A DNA stretch of 64,000 bases from Octopus vulgaris (taxonomy: Eukaryota), in contig OX597818.1 in assembly GCA_951406725.2 (NCBI GenBank), forward strand, positions 16,058,001 to 16,122,000. Reading direction: 5' to 3'. Position 1 is the stretch's first letter. Each line of letters begins with the position of its first letter. The notes under the pieces are model-generated. The model was given only the letters and a program-made list of their open reading frames with translations, made no database searches and had not been told where the DNA came from. Both the position numbers and the translations under genes were made by a program. This document shows positions 49,003 to 63,269 of this stretch, piece by piece.

Positions 49003-49518
49003 CGGATCTTTTCACTTTGACCGACAGATTTAAAAGATAACTTTTTGTAACTAAACACTTTAAACTTCGTATACTGGTAAAACGTGTCACATAAAACATC
49101 TTTTTCTCTTGGCGTTCTTGAGAAAATTCTGTAGTTTGTAAGTTATTTGTTGTTAAATTTCTCGTATTTCGGCAATTTCAACCAATCAATGACGTTTATT
49201 GAGGTGAAAACATCTTTTTCCCTTGGCGTTCTTGAGAAAATTCTGTAAACAGTGACAAATGAAATATACACCGCCGGAACTTCTTGTGTACAAACAGCAG
49301 CAATAATTGTATTCACCCCAATAGACGTCATTGATTGGTTGAAATTACCGAAATACGAGAAATTTAACAACAAATAGCTTACAAACTACAGAAGTTTCTC
49401 AAGAACGCCAAGAGAAAAAGATGTTTTATGTGACACATTTTACCAGTATACGAAGTTTAAAAGTGTTTAGTTACGAAAAATCATTTTTTAAATCTGCTGG
49501 TCAAAGGGAAAAGATCCG
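49003..49518. mobile_element. Foldback MITE with ~205-bp inverted arms
   Basis: 49003-49208 is the reverse complement of 49312-49518 with few mismatches. Confidence 0.8.
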
Positions 49519-51002
49519 GGATGGATTTCTTGCCTTGTAGTATCCTTTCTATTACAGTGTAGTTAATTAATGTTATATCTTTTGAAAAGTTCAAAGCGGC
49601 CGTAAAAGTTGGTTTTGTTATTGTAACGTGAGAGTCATTGATGTGGAACTGAAAAAAAAGAAAGAAAAAAGGGAACTTATTTTTGCTTGGGACCTTAAAC
49701 CATTTGATTACTGTGTAATTGTTACTCAAGGGGGAATAATATCGAGTGCGCTTCTATTTTTGGTATGAATATATCGATGACATTCTTTCTGATAATGCCT
49801 AAGTTTGATTGTGAAGGGTTGAATGAGTTGTTATTGAAATTGGGTTTGTGATCCATCATAGTGATATTTGGTCCCTTGGGTAATAAGATATCAACTCTTA
49901 CCTTCAAGTTTTTGGTTGTTGATTACTTTTCATGGATGTGGAGTTTATGTTGGTTAAAGATGCATATTTTCATTTTTGTTTATATGGTAGAGACTAATAA
50001 AAAATAGACGACTGTGCGAAATTTGACTTATGTGGTAGAGATTGCTGATTTTGTCTGACTTTACACACATTTACCCTGGTTTTGATATGGTCAATTTTCT
50101 GCTTCAACTCTTTTTGCGATATTCACAATGTTTGTCTTTTCCGTAGTGATAAATTTTCCATCTTAAGTCTTTTGATTTTTTTTGTAGTAGTATTTTTAGG
50201 TAATGTTTCTTGGTGGTGTTAATATATTCTTCATGGAGAAGTGTACTGGATGCTGTTACCGCTCTTCTTTTTTTTTAAACCAATGTTTGATAAGTACTCA
50301 TGTCGGAATTCCCCTTTGGAGAAAACATATTTATTAATTGTTCTTGGGTTGTTCTTGGCTTTATATAATCTTTAGTGAGTTGTGTTTTGGGGTAGGTGAA
50401 GCAATGTAAATGATAATTAAGTGTGGTGTTGGTAAACTGGGAAACTAATTATGTAGGAAGGGGGATAAATGAGGAAAGTATGTGTTTGTAGAGTGTAGAT
50501 CGGTAGAAATTTATGGAAAGGAGATTTATGCAGATAATTTATTATTGCATAGGCCTCAGTCAAGCGTGGAAATTTTCTGTAAAATGTTCAGCCACTTACG
50601 CAATAAATCAACGTGTAGGCAATTCATTTGATCGAACAATTGAATACGCGTCATTGAAAATCAGAGATTCATTGTTTAATACTTATTTTTCAATAAAGGC
50701 AACCATACCAAATTAATATCAGTGCAAAACTTATTGACTGGATTTTCAGCAAGCTTTGTATGTGTTTCTCTGATATTTTATAACTTGCCACTGTTGTTCT
50801 TTAACATGGAAATTCAACTTAATAACATTTTATGAACGATACAAAGAAATTTGACTTGCTATTTAGTTTTGATCTAAGAATGCCTGGGATTCTTATATGA
50901 TGGATTGGTTATTTGTTATCGAGAAATTTAGTTTTGAGACCTCTCATATCTTCTGTGTAAGTTAATTTTACATGATGAAGTTTTGACAATTCTTTTATTT
51001 TT

Positions 51003-51290
51003 TTAACTATACATCGTGAGGCAATTGAGAGGTAATTTTAAAATCAAGTGATATTTGGTTTTTACCACACTGACTTCTGCTTCTGTTCTTTTTGTAAGTA
51101 TATCAAGGACTGGCAATTGGTGATGTCTTTTCGTTTCCAGAGTAAACTGATATTGTAGCGAGTTCATGTTATCTCTAAGGATAAGGACATCCTTTTCGTG
51201 CCATCCGTGAGCTTCAATGCCGTAGATTTTAGTGCTAAATTTCCGAATATATCTATGGATATACAGGGAACGAAGAGGAATTATGAACAT
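51003..51290 (-). mobile_element. Degraded Penelope-like RT fragment
   Basis: NSLQYQFTLETKRHHQLPVLDIL resembles the PLE RT motif N......FT.E.E....LPFLD. Confidence 0.55.
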
Positions 51291-52191
51291 TCTTTAGCAG
51301 GCCATAAATAGAAAATGATTTTATGTAAGGTTACGCTGCTTGCGCCAAATATTAACATTCTCATTTATCTTCCAAAAATATCATCAGTAACAACATAGCA
51401 CCTTCTAATTTGACACAAGAAATGAAAAGGCACGTTGTGTTCATGGCTCTAGCCATCAACCATAACCCTCAGAAATTGCCAATTTTAAATGTGGCAGTGT
51501 CCTTCGTGTCCGGAGCCAGGAACATGACCAAGTGTAAGAAACATTCTCAGTGGCCAGATGTCATCAGGACAGCTGCGTTCATCCACCTAGTACTTGACAT
51601 CATCATCAGCAACCTTAACGATTTTATGAGGTCCATCATCGAGCAGCTCAAGGTTTATGAGATCACTGTTAAACGCCAGAAACAAGTTCTATGGGTCGAT
51701 GAGACGGCAGTTCATGTCCGGCAAGAACCGGGAGAACAAGGTAATCATGTGGTCATAAAATCATGTGACACTCCGGCTCGCTTGATTCGAATCTGTTGGA
51801 CTACTGGATCAGTGGTGCTGCAAATGGGAGAGGTAGCGGCTGGCATCTCTATAGTGCCTAGGGCTTGTTGGGGATTGCTGTTGTGGATTGGTTAGGGGTC
51901 ACCTAATCATTGCATGTAATCTCTTCCGTGGCGGAATCGGGGCCATTATTGTGGCTAGAGGTATTTGTTGAATTGCGCCTTTCTTCGATGTATTTAGGTG
52001 AATATGCATCTCCGGATTTTTATCTGGGTGTATATTGTCTTAATTTTGGTGCCTTAGTTGCTTTTTTTGCGTTTGGTTTTGTTGTCGGTTGCCTGGGGCA
52101 TTCTGTATATCAGCATTACCATTACCTTCCTACTTGTCTTTGTAAATACAGCATCAGCAACAGTGACAACAACAGCAGAAGCAGCAGCAGT

Positions 52192-52385
52192 GGAGGTGCA
52201 ATGACCCAGTGGTTAGGGCAGCGGACTCGCGGTCGTAAGAACGTGGTTTCGATTCCCAGACCGAGCATTGTACATGTTTATTGAGAAAAACATCTAAGCT
52301 CCACGAGGCTCCGGTGGGGGGCGGTGGTGAACACCGCTGTACTCTTTCACTGCAATTTTCTCTCACTCTTTCTTCCTACTTCTGT
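52192..52385 (+). mobile_element. tRNA-headed SINE (third family)
   Basis: cagtggttagggcagcggactcgcggtcg...ggtttcgattccc head. Related heads at 565-640, 54103-54200 and 55130-55200(-). Confidence 0.65.
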
Positions 52386-53687
52386 CACAAAGCAGAGCCC
52401 ATGATGTTACCCACTATGGTGTGGTAAACCTTCAAACCCTAGTCTAGATTGCAAATCCTCTGTACCCCAGGACGGTTCAGCTCTCCATCCGTTAAAAGCC
52501 GCCGTTTACGGAATGTGGATAACAACGTAGCTTTCGTGCCTGTGCAACCGCCAGTCTATTGCTTGTGGTTGCCTCACGCACTCTTAGTAACTTAGAGTAG
52601 GCTCAAATTAGAGATTATTCTTTGTGGCTAATGGCTTGAGTCCCGATTAGAAGAAGAAGACAACAACAGCAGCAGCAGCAACAGAAGTAGCAGCAGCAGC
52701 AACAGCAGTAGCTACAACAGCAGGTGTATATTTCTCTTTCTCAGAAAAAAATCAATGACATTTATTTTTATTGTAAACAACATCTGTTCACGTCTAGTTT
52801 TGCCGAGAACCTTATTGTAATTGATAAACGCGAAAAAAAAGAAAAAAAAAAGAAAATACCTCCATGTTTCTGTTTAATCATTATGATTGTGTAACAGATG
52901 TCAATTAACCGTTTCCATACTTATTGATCACAACGTACAATGTTACAACATTACAGAGGGGATAACACTTCTAAAACATTGGTTTGAAATACAATAAACG
53001 GGATTAAAACTCATCTGAATTTTGATATTTCAATAAATTAAATCTCATTCTTATTAAGATCATGAGTAATATATGCGTCATATAATCAAATATTTCTCAT
53101 AATCAGCGGTTGTAGGTGCGTAGGGAGGAGGTGCGATGACGGAAAAGGAGAAGGCAAATTACACTGTTTAATAAAAATAGTTTTGAATTTTGCAAATTTG
53201 TCAAACACAATCGCGAAGAAAGAAGAATTTATATGGATACAAACCTTATTCTGTTTTCTCCTTTATAAAACAGAAAAAATTCACTTATATATGTTTCATG
53301 CTTTTAAGATACACTAAACTGGCAGATTTATATATAGCATGCCATGTATCTCCAAACAATCTTGCAGGCTCAGTTCATACGTTAGATGTATTTAAAAACC
53401 AGGACGGTGGACTATGAGAAAACATGAAAGAAAGAAAAAAAAAACGACGTAAAAAACCTATACTGACTAAATTTTACCTATACGGTTTATATTGCGCCCA
53501 GCTGCCCACATTAATGTTATGCTATACAATTTGGCATTTCGCTGAATCACCCATAAATATATATGGCAAATATGTATACTGACAGAGAGAATTGGCTGTT
53601 CTATGGACTCAATAGAGGCACATTATTGACAGTTTCCATTAGGATGAAACTGTGCAGTCCAGTCTCCTAGCTTTGCTTCGCTCTTTT

Positions 53688-54062
53688 GGCAGTTATCTAC
53701 CCCGTCAGTATATATAAATGTGATTTTACGCAGCTATAAGTGGTTTTACTCTTATTTCTAGTAATATATGTGCTTGTAGCACACACAGTCACAATTAGTG
53801 ACGACAAAATTTTGCCTATACTGCACTCAGTATTTTGCCTATATTGCACTCAGCTGCTCACATCCATCCATCCATCCATCCATCCATCCATCCATCTTAA
53901 CGAAAGTGGCTATACGCACAATAAAACCAAACAGGAAAAATTCAGTTGTCACTAATTGTGACTGACGGTACACAATAGCACCTACATTGCTAGAAATAAG
54001 GGTTGAAAAAACTTAGCCGCAAGAAAGCATAGTTCCATACACCGACAGAGGAGGTAACCACC
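53688..54062. mobile_element. MITE with long imperfect inverted arms
   Basis: ctcttatttctag...gtcacaattagtgac vs gtcactaattgtgac...ctagaaataaggg; a related half copy lies at 48755-48875. Confidence 0.6.
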
Positions 54063-55438
54063 CCATTGCTATATTTGTGTGTGTGTGCGTGCGTGCGCGC
54101 GAAGACGTGTGACTTAGTGCTTAGGGTGTTGCACTCACGACCGCAGCAAGTTCGTGATTTCTATTTCCAGACCGGCGGCGTGTTGTGGTCTTGAGTAAAA
54201 CACTTTAATTTACATTGCTCCAGTCAACTCGGCTGTAAATGAGTAACCCTGCGACCGCCCCAAGCCAGTGGGGTGACATCATTCGAAAGATACGACGATT
54301 CGAGAAACGCATTGTGGCTTTAGATGGGTTGTAGGCTGGTATTGAACCATCTAATAAGACTCCCAAAAAGGCTGTAATTTGGTTGGCAGTAATCCCGGAC
54401 GGAAAACACGTACGAACAAGGTTGTCTTAAAACACTTTTATTTATAGCCACACATACACGTCCAAAGGAATGACAAACAGAATGGTTGGTGTGTAAGGGC
54501 CATGGTCTTCTGTGCTTTGCTTCTATCTGCTAGCGGGCCTGAGGTCTAAGGTAGAGCCAGTCAAATTGCGTCCTCACAGTTTCCTTGTCCCTGCAGAAAA
54601 GAAGAAGAGATGAGGTCACGTATCTGAACCTCAATTTTGTGTGGTGCCCTCTCTCTGTATAGCCAGCTTGTTTATCCCTGTCAAGGGGGGTAATACACCT
54701 ACATGGCCAACAGTGTATAACAACATCCGATAGTCTGGTCAATACAGGGATCGATGCTAGAGTGGGTCAAACAATTTTAGTGATTATTAAATATTCTTAT
54801 AACTTCCATCTTCCGTCTTTCTCATTAACCAAATACCGAACGACTAAGTGAATGTTCTTTATATATATATAAAAGGGTAAAGACCCCCTTCGGCCATGAA
54901 TGACCATGAGATCGCACCTAGAAAGATCCTCTCCGCGGCACAAGTCCGGGCCTAGGTTGTTTATGGGAGACTAGTAGTCACCCATACATACCAGCCTCCC
55001 TCTCCACACCACCATTGTTATTCAAGAGAAAGGCAAAGGTCAATAAAGCTTGACACCAGTGACGTTGCATCTCATTTCTATAGATGAGTGAACTGGAATA
55101 AGGTGAAATAAAGTGACTTGCTCAAGAACACAACACCAGCCTCGTCCAGGAATCGAACTCATTACCTAACGATTGTGAGCCCGACGCTCTAACCACTGAG
55201 ACCCCTCCCCCCATTCTTTTATTTGTTTCAGTCATTTTGACTGTGGCCATGCCTTTAGTCGAATAAATCAACCCTTAGACTTATTTTTTGTAAGCCTGGT
55301 GCTTATTCTGTCTCTTTTACCGATCCGTTAAGTTACAGAGACATAAACACACCGACATCAGTTGTCAAGCGATGGTGGGGGTGACAAACATGGATACAAG
55401 CACACAAATACACACAGACGAGTGCGCACGCACACACA

Positions 55439-55546
<108 letters not shown>

Positions 55547-55891
55547 ACGGTGTAGGACAGGATACATGACAGACGAACTGTAGACAGGAACTTCGCTGCG
55601 GGCTAGCTAGGAAGAGACTTCCGGTGGGAAAAAAAGAACAAAAGAATGTCAGCAGTGAGTGTTAAACGAATCTGAATGAACTAAACTGAAATAACTGGCG
55701 ACTTAAGCCCTGATGTACGTAAAGCTCTAACGGCCTTTTTTTCAGTTTCCGTCTACCAAATCCACTCACAGGGCTTTGGACGGCCCAACGTTATAGTAGA
55801 AGACACTGGCCCAAGGTGCCACACAGTGAGACTGAACCCGGAAAAATGTGGTTGAGAAGCAAGCTTCTCAGCATAGGGCCAGGACTGAGCC

Positions 55892-55956
<65 letters not shown>

Positions 55957-56087
55957 ACATTTACAACGTATACGTAAAGTCCTGGAATTCCAAAATTATT
56001 TCTATTCAATATGTGTCTGAAATGTATAGTGTTTCAATTACATCAATAGTTTTGAAATCCCACCATGACATTACGGGTACTCTATAT

Positions 56088-56135
<48 letters not shown>

Positions 56136-56691
56136 TCAGACACACACATTCAGACACACACAAATACTCAGACACAAGTACATACATACACACACATACA
56201 CGCACGCACAAACATATATATACATATATACAACAGGTATCTGCACGGCTTGTGCGAACCAAGTTCCATTCACGAGACATTGGTCAGCTCGAAGCTAAGG
56301 TAGAAAGCCTTCAGTTAAAGATGCACGCAGTAGGCTGGAACTCGTAATTCCTGTGTTGGGAATTACACCACCAAGCCAATTAACCACTGTACTAATTATG
56401 GCAATTTGTTATGAATATGGAGTGTGATAGAAACACCCCCAAAATAAAGCGGTTGTAGTTTTTTGTTACTTCAATATTAGAGTAGACTCAAAAATGAATG
56501 AATCAGTCATTACTTACACATGTCTCATATTTTGATTTTTGTTTAAGAAAAATCGTTATCCTATCGGGCCATGTGTTCATTGTCAATAAAACACAACCTA
56601 CATTATCGTCTGTGCACAGCTGTCATCTGTTAGTGTAGTATTGCACAACGCAGGAAGGTAAGTAAATGTGTATAAGCTTTCCTAATAAAGG

Positions 56692-56741
<50 letters not shown>

Positions 56742-57134
56742 TCTTTTACTTGTTTCAGTCATTTGACTGCGGACATGCTGGAGCACCGCCTTTAATCGAG
56801 CAAATCGACCCCGGGACTTATTCTTTTGTAAGCCCAGTACTTATTCTATCGGTCTCTTTTGCCGAACCGCTAAGTAACGGGGACATAAACACACCAGCAT
56901 CGGTTGTCAAGCAATGCTAGGGGGACAAACACAGACACACAAACACACACACGCATATATATATACATATATACGACGGGCTTCTTTCAGTTTCGGTCTA
57001 CCAAATCCACTCACAAGGCTTTGGTCGGCCCGAGTCTATAGTAGAAGACACTTGCCCAAGGTGCCACGCAGTGAGACTGAAGCTGGAACCATGTGGTTGG
57101 TAAACAAGCTACTAACCACACAGCCACTTCTGCG

Positions 57135-57169
<35 letters not shown>

Positions 57170-57496
57170 CAACGATTTGCCTCACCACACACCGAATTTA
57201 TAAATAGCAGTCAAAAAGTTTTGGCTATTCTTTCTACTTAAAACACAACCTACATTATCGTCTGTGCACATCTGTCATCTGTTAGTGTAGTATTGCACAA
57301 CGCAAGTAGAAAGAATAGCCAAAGCGTTTTGACTGCTATTTCTAAATTCGGTGTGTGGTGAGGCAAATCGTTGCTAAACCCTTAATTACTTAGTATTACT
57401 TAAACCTTCCTTGAATGGGGCTTTTACATGCCGAACTCTACTTGGTGGAATTAATGATTATTTCTAAATTAATTAATTTCACCCTTATTATTGATA

Positions 57497-57556
<60 letters not shown>

Positions 57557-57558
<2 letters not shown>

Positions 57559-57923
57559 GTAGTGGGTACAGCTAACCAAAAAGTTAGCTTCGCTAACCGC
57601 TAATCCGCTAGCTAAAAAGTTAGCTTCGCAAACGCTAAACCGCTAAACCGGAAAAGAAATTAACGGAAGCTAACACTAACTAATAATCGTGAACTTTTAT
57701 CATATGAATTTAGTTTCGGTTTGTTGGTTTTTGGCCTCTAAAACCCTTAAAAACAGACATAGAGAGCTGAAATTTTCCTGTTGTAGCTTAGACATAGAGC
57801 TTTCCAGAAAGGTCTAGCATGCCAAGATCAGATGATAATCAAGGTATACTACTCTTGTTGGGGCCTTCTCCATCGCCTCGACGTGATGCTGGTTGCCCTT
57901 CATAAACATCAGCCTCTCAAAGT
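57557..57923 (-). mobile_element. hAT transposon 3' end (terminus + transposase C-terminal tail)
   Basis: Terminus CAGTAGTGGG with many gctaa subterminal repeats. The minus strand NFERLMFMKGNQHH continues the frame that breaks at ~63270. Confidence 0.75.
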
Positions 57924-58050
57924 TGCTATTCTGCGAGAGTACGACGCTCCCGGGTAAGAATGGACTGGACTACTACATACAAATAGTAGCAGTCTGAGTA
58001 AGTAAGGTGCCACTCGTTTGTACTGGAAGGCTTGACCGAACACGTGTTAG

Positions 58051-61000
58051 ATAACGCCACGCGCTCGTCAATGGCGGTGTGAAAAATTTTTTGAAGCAAG
58101 ACTACGCTGTTAATGTTCTAGAATTGATTCTGGTTGAATGTTTTCCTTTAAAATTGTATTTCTGCAAGTGTCGCAGACAAGCGACACATTCCTCCCTCCT
58201 GGAAGGGGGAAGGTAGAATTTAAACGTAAAATTTTTTTGTTTGAGTGCAAAATGAACAGCTTGTCGAGCGACGAGGAGACACTAATGGCGAAGTGTCTGG
58301 AAGAGGACTGCATGGCACGCGGGCAAAAGGAAATGGATAGACAGAAGAAAGTAGAAGATAACGCGGATAAAAGCGTAAACTTTGCATCGTCTGTTAGCGT
58401 GGCGAAGGAAAATGCCTGCTTCGAACCGGGCAGATATAAAAATATACTACGAAGAGAAGGAAACGAGGTGAAAGTTTCACCTCCCGGAGAAATTATACAA
58501 GACGCAGCAAGGAAACTGTTATTTACAAAACAGTGGCAATGAAATCTATAAGGATAGAACCGGTGATCAAAGAAGCAGTGGAGAAATGTCTTCGCCCCAC
58601 TTAGATGGATTTAACATACCTAACCATGGAAAAGCGATACGGCACGGTGGAGGTGCGTTTCCGTACCGAGGAAAAAGCCAGGCAACAGTCAACGAACACG
58701 TTGAAAACAGTTAAGGTGGCTCTCCTGTACACATACCTTGGTAGACGTACCTCCAAGGCAAGTGTAGTGGAAATAACACCGGAAATTGAGGTCGCCTCGC
58801 TTATTAATGCAATCTTAATGGGCTTGAAGGATAAAATAACTATCCTTCAAGCCTATAAGTATCAACAGCAGAACTGGGTAGGACAGGCTTTAGAATTAAT
58901 AATTGAGGCCGCCCCAGAATATTTAGAGAAAATTATAGATATAATTTCGGTGGGTGAGACGAAGCTGAGAGTGAACGTGGAAGACAGGAATCCCAGGTAT
59001 CATAAATGCAGACAGAAAGAGCACATTAGGGCTGAATGTGAGCCACTTCCGGCGGCAGGAAAAAAGCCCCCCCCCCACCACCACCGAAGGAGAAACCAGT
59101 AACAACTACACCGCCGACAAAACCAGCAGCACCCCTACCAGTGCCGACAAAACTAGAAGCACTTACAATGCCGGCGAAAATCCGACCAAAACCAGGGAAA
59201 GAGGAGGATATACCCATACAAGACACTATAGAGACAGAGACAGAAGACATTGAGATGGAGCGCATGAGAAGGAAAAAGAGAAAAAGAAAAGGCTCAAACC
59301 CCACCCCCACAAAAACACCAGCACATGCACAACCTAATCAAACATCCACACAAACACTCATACAGACACACACAACTTCGCAAACACACACAGTCCCCCC
59401 CCCCCCCACAAACACAGCCACAGGATACACAGACCCCAACCCGCCCACCCCGTATGGCTATAACGGCTATTAATAGCAAAAACAAAAAATTAAAAAGAGT
59501 TATATCAAAACAGAAAATGACAAAAGCATTCAAACTACCAGGTAACACAGACACCCCGGAAACCGTTGAGCTTCTCATTTCACACAGAGAAAATTATGAT
59601 TATATAAGAAAAGCTTACCCGAGAAGAAGTTTCTCTGAATCAGTATACAAATAACTGATAAATAATCCACCAGCCACAGCTGAAACGGTCGAGGAAGGAC
59701 CTACTTCCCAGCTGGAACAACTTTAAACGTAAGCCCCATTCATGTACTCACTTAATTTAGGACGAGTAAATGTGAGTGGCTTGAAATCGGATTGGAAGCA
59801 AGCTTGTTTCCTAAACAATCTCAGGTCACATCGGTTAGATGTGATAGTTCTTACTGAGACCAGACTGAGGGGACTGCAGGACCTTGCGTCGCTCCTAAAC
59901 GACTACGAGAAAGTCATTTCTCCATGTCAACCGGGAGATGCGAGGGTAGTCGTAGTTCTACTCAGGAAGGTGCTCAAACTAGAAACTAGGACAATCTTTG
60001 TTGATCCAGAAAGCAGGCTGGTCGTCCAAATTGTGACACTCAGTCATGGTAGGGTTTTCAGGTTAGTTGCTATCTATGCCCTCCCCCGGGAGGGGGAGGG
60101 ACAGGATACCCTGACTTCTTCAAGAACCTGGAAAACTTTCTGGGCGAGTCACACACGCTAGTGGTGTTAGGCGACTTCAATACAATCTGCGACGCACACG
60201 TAGATTACGCTGGTTCGAATCGTTATAGAAAGGTAAGCTCTTGCTTTCAACGATCTGCTCAGACGCTTCCAGCTGGCAGATTGATACAGACTAGATCACC
60301 TGGATGTTCCATAGTGGACGGGGTCAAGAAACGATGGGCCATCTAGATCTTACCTAGACAGAATACTAATTAAGATTAAGGACAAGAATATAGCTAGGTG
60401 TCCACAGTTAACCATTGTCAGCTACAGTGATCACAAACTGGTGATCTGTAAGCTAGATGTAGATAGAAAGACTACACATGGATATGGCTACTGTAAGTTA
60501 AATAAGTAGCTACTGACCTGTGAAGCCTAGAGGAGTCGGATTAGATAGTTAGTGATGAGGATATTGACAGGGACCATTATTAATAACAAATGATCGTATG
60601 CCCTTAAAAAAGTCATAAAAAAAGAGTCGATTAGATTTAGTAGAGAGTTAACTAAGAATAGAAATAGTGTAGAGAGGGACTTAGTGAACACATTAGAGGC
60701 AATGAAATCAAAGGAGGCAATGAAATCTGGCTCTGCTTCTCGAGTGTTGGCTGCGAGAATGGCGCTCAACCATCACCTCGAGGCTATACACGAGGGTTGC
60801 AAAGTCAGAGCGAAGATATGTTATGGGCCAAGAGGGTATCAACTCCGCCGGATGGGCTCATGCTGTAGAGTCTCAGCGTGGCAATAATGCCACGTTAAGG
60901 CTTTTGACGAACCAACAGGGGTAAGCGGTAACTGAACTCGAGGAAATGTGTACGGCCTTACACGAGAATTTCGCCAGATTGTTTCGGGGGGAAGGGGCGA

Positions 61001-63080
61001 TGGGCCGGAGCGTAGTTAGGATCTCACGGACTTCCTCGCCGGTCTACCGTGCTGTGAAGGGCCGATCACAACTGCAGAAGTGGAGGAGGCATTGTGGGAG
61101 TGCGGTGGGGACAGATTACCAGGTCGTGATGCTCTCCCTTATTAATTGTATTATACTATACCAGACTTGTTTGGGCACCTGCTGGTCTGTGTCTTCAATA
61201 ACTGGTAGCAGAACGGGAGTATTCCTGCGTCTGTGAGCCAGGGAGTGGAGGTACTGACCAGGAAGGACACAAACAAGGGGAACGCAGTTGACAACTTTAG
61301 GCCCATCACCCTGCTTAACGCAGAGTTAAAGATTCTGGCCAAGGTATTAGCAAAAAGGTTGGTGAAAGTCGTAGATGGTATCGTTAGGGAGGCGCAAACC
61401 TGCGCCGTTCCCGACAGGACTATACACGATAATCTCTACCTTATACTCTATACCTTAGAAAGGGTAAATAGGATTCCTGGCAAGGTTGGGGTGTTGGTCC
61501 ATTTAGACCAATCCAAGGCCTTTGATAGGGTAGACCATCTGTATCTGGCGGCGGTCCTCGAGGCAGCTGGTTTTGGCTGGATCAACGCTTTATATAGCAA
61601 CATCTAGTCGGTAATTCAAATGAACGGTTTCTTTTCGGCGCCGTTCAATATCGAACGCTCGGTTCGTCAAGGTTGTCTACTCTTGCTTCTGCTGTATGCA
61701 TTGGCTCTACGAAGATTGGAGTCGAGTCGAGACCCGCAAGATTTAGGGTATGGAAAGTCAGTCACAGCGTATGCAGACGATGTCACTGTCATCGTATCCA
61801 GGGACCAGGACCTACAGAGGGTAGGTGAGGTCCCAAACGATTACGAAGCGGTGGCAGGAGCAATAATTAACCGGGATAAGTCGGTAGGCTTGCAGCTCGG
61901 CACCTGGAGAGGCAAGTCGATGCCGTCCAACTGCGTCGTCGGATACTGGACAGACAATCTGGTGAAAAATGCTTGGGGTCTGGTTTGGTCCAGACCGCCA
62001 GATAGAGAAGAATTGGAGTGAGGTTACGAGCAGAGTGGCATCCATAACCCAGATCTGGATTAGGGATGCCGTAGCTAAAGATGCGCAGGCATGTACTGAG
62101 GTTGCGGCATCTCTGGCTCTACCTGGATGGTGGTCTACGTTTGTTGATGAGATATTTCCCAGGTTCACCTCTTTTGGTGAACTACAATGCTGAATCAGGC
62201 GTAGACCAAGGCTGGGAGCTTGAGAAGCAGAGTGTCGACAGGCGCTTGTGCTTCTTTCCCGAACGAGCAATGCCTGTGGAGGGGGTATCACCTCGGTTTA
62301 CAATAGAGGGCTGGTAGAGGGCAAGTGCGATGACGTCCTGGCGGAGACTCTGGGTTTCGATGAAAGTCATCTTGCCAACCTGCATCGAGGGACTTTCGGT
62401 CCGGGACCTATGAACAACTTCCAGAAGTCCCTGGCTTGGCTGTGCTTCCGAAATACCTTGTCAATTCGGGATAAACTCGCGAGGCACAACGTCACGGTTT
62501 CGCCTACGTGCCCACGTTTGGGGCAGAGCAACGAAACTGTTCTGCATGCAATCGTACAGTGTCCGAATCTCTCGGACCTGCAGGTTTCAACCGTCAGCTG
62601 AATCGATTATTAAGATCGTTCCGCCGTCTTCTCTAAAAGGAGAAGAGAAATTCTGCTTTCTAGCCGTAATAGGTATAGCGAAAGAGATGATATGGAAGAC
62701 GCGTGGAAGAGGTGTCGTATCGGTACCTTCGTCTCCGGGAATGCCTTGGTTAACCTCTTTTTATATCACCTAAGAAAGAATGCATGTCTGGAGAAGAAAA
62801 GCCTGACATCAAAAAGGTATGGAGAAAGACGGAAGTAAGTAGCCCGAATGTTGGGTATGTAAATGCCTAATTTAGCGGGGTGGGGGGGCGAAGTAAACGG
62901 TTCAACACAGGAATGTTGGTGGGGTGAAACCCATTCCGCGTCCATTCTTTCTTTTATTTTCATCCAAAATTATAATGTAAGTTATTCACTATATGAAATC
63001 TCATCCGAAAAATCCCCGACACCTATTTGTCCCATGTATTGTTCCCTCTTTGTTTAACCCTTGTGGTTTGAATAAAATCA
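58051..63080 (+). mobile_element. Near full-length degraded L1/Tx1-clade LINE
   Basis: ORF1 ~58251-59727 (GTVEVRF, knuckle remnant). ORF2 from 59742 has APE motifs (NVSGL, LTETR, LGDFN, YLDRI, SDH), RT motifs (NFRPITLLN, DQSKAFDRVDH, VRQGC, YADD) and a C-terminal C..ETVLH...C. AATAAA is at ~63070. There are many stops and frameshifts. Confidence 0.9.
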
Positions 63081-63269
63081 TCGTGCTAGTTTCACAGTTC
63101 GTGTGTTGATAGTTCAAAGTTGGAGTTCAAAGTTCACAGTTCGTGTTAGTCTGTTGGATTGTTGGTTCTTAAAAATTATTGTTACGTTCCGTGTGGTTAC
63201 TGCTATTTATTTCAATTATATTGTTATAGCACTGTTGCAGTGTATTCATTTATCTATAAGGATATAACA

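Noticed and set aside
49700-50500. Possible degraded Penelope GIY-YIG region on the minus strand
   Set aside because: Only faint motif resemblance and no continuous frame; it needs a tBLASTn or HMM search.
51410-51895. 161-aa ORF
   Set aside because: The N-terminal half looks vaguely like a degraded Tc1/mariner DNA-binding region, but I found no TIRs or catalytic motifs; too weak to call as either gene or TE.
52192-52265. Possible tRNA gene
   Set aside because: It has A/B-box-like motifs but no complete cloverleaf, and it continues into a body shared with other dispersed copies, so it is a SINE head.
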